A stretch of 64,000 bases of DNA from Octopus sinensis (lineage: Eukaryota), in the NCBI RefSeq assembly GCF_006345805.1, contig NC_043019.1, positions 14,941,360 through 15,005,359 on the forward strand. The letters run 5' to 3'. A program made the translations under genes and the position numbers. Every line of letters starts with the position of its first letter. Position 1 is the stretch's first letter. Below, piece after piece: positions 63,822 through 64,000 of this stretch. The notes beneath the pieces are model-generated. The model was not told where the DNA came from and searched no databases. It worked only from the letters and a program-made list of their open reading frames with translations.

Positions 63822-64000
63822 TGTGTATGTATCTATGTATACGTGTGTGTATATATGTGTGTATATCTACGCGTGTATATAGATGTGAGCACGTGTGTAT
63901 GTGTGTGTATATAAATATATATTCTTTTCTCTGCTGTGTGTATATTTGTTTTAGAGCGTCCTTGTCTGCGTCCACCTTATCGTATTGTGTGTGTGTGTGT

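Noticed and set aside
63787-63975. Upstream ORF MDADKDALKQ...
   Set aside because: It starts at GTG and runs through a (CA/TA)n tract; most likely ACP6 5' UTR or promoter sequence.

Overview
Repeat-dense eukaryotic genomic DNA, almost certainly from an octopus. The inference rests on the SINE families, the (TA/CA/GATA)n microsatellite load and the long introns. Two spliced protein-coding genes face each other. (1) On the + strand are the last five coding exons (16201-21059) of a DUF885-family protein, a bacterial-type putative metallopeptidase, with a GPI-signal-like C-terminal tail; its upstream exons are not visible. (2) On the - strand is ACP6 (lysophosphatidic acid phosphatase 6, a histidine acid phosphatase). 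I reconstructed 10 phase-consistent GT-AG exons from 63821 to 35692; the terminal exon is unresolved and the N-terminus is greatly extended. The rest is transposon debris: tRNA-derived and Nin/Deu-type SINEs; RTE, CR1/Jockey-like and Tx1 LINE fragments; a mariner pseudogene; hAT, MULE, piggyBac, Tc1 and pogo-type MITEs; Penelope-like termini carrying hammerhead-like motifs; and a decayed 18S rRNA fragment. There is one 100-N assembly gap. Nearly all ORFs in the supplied track are microsatellite or SINE artefacts. All analysis was done by eye with no database searches.
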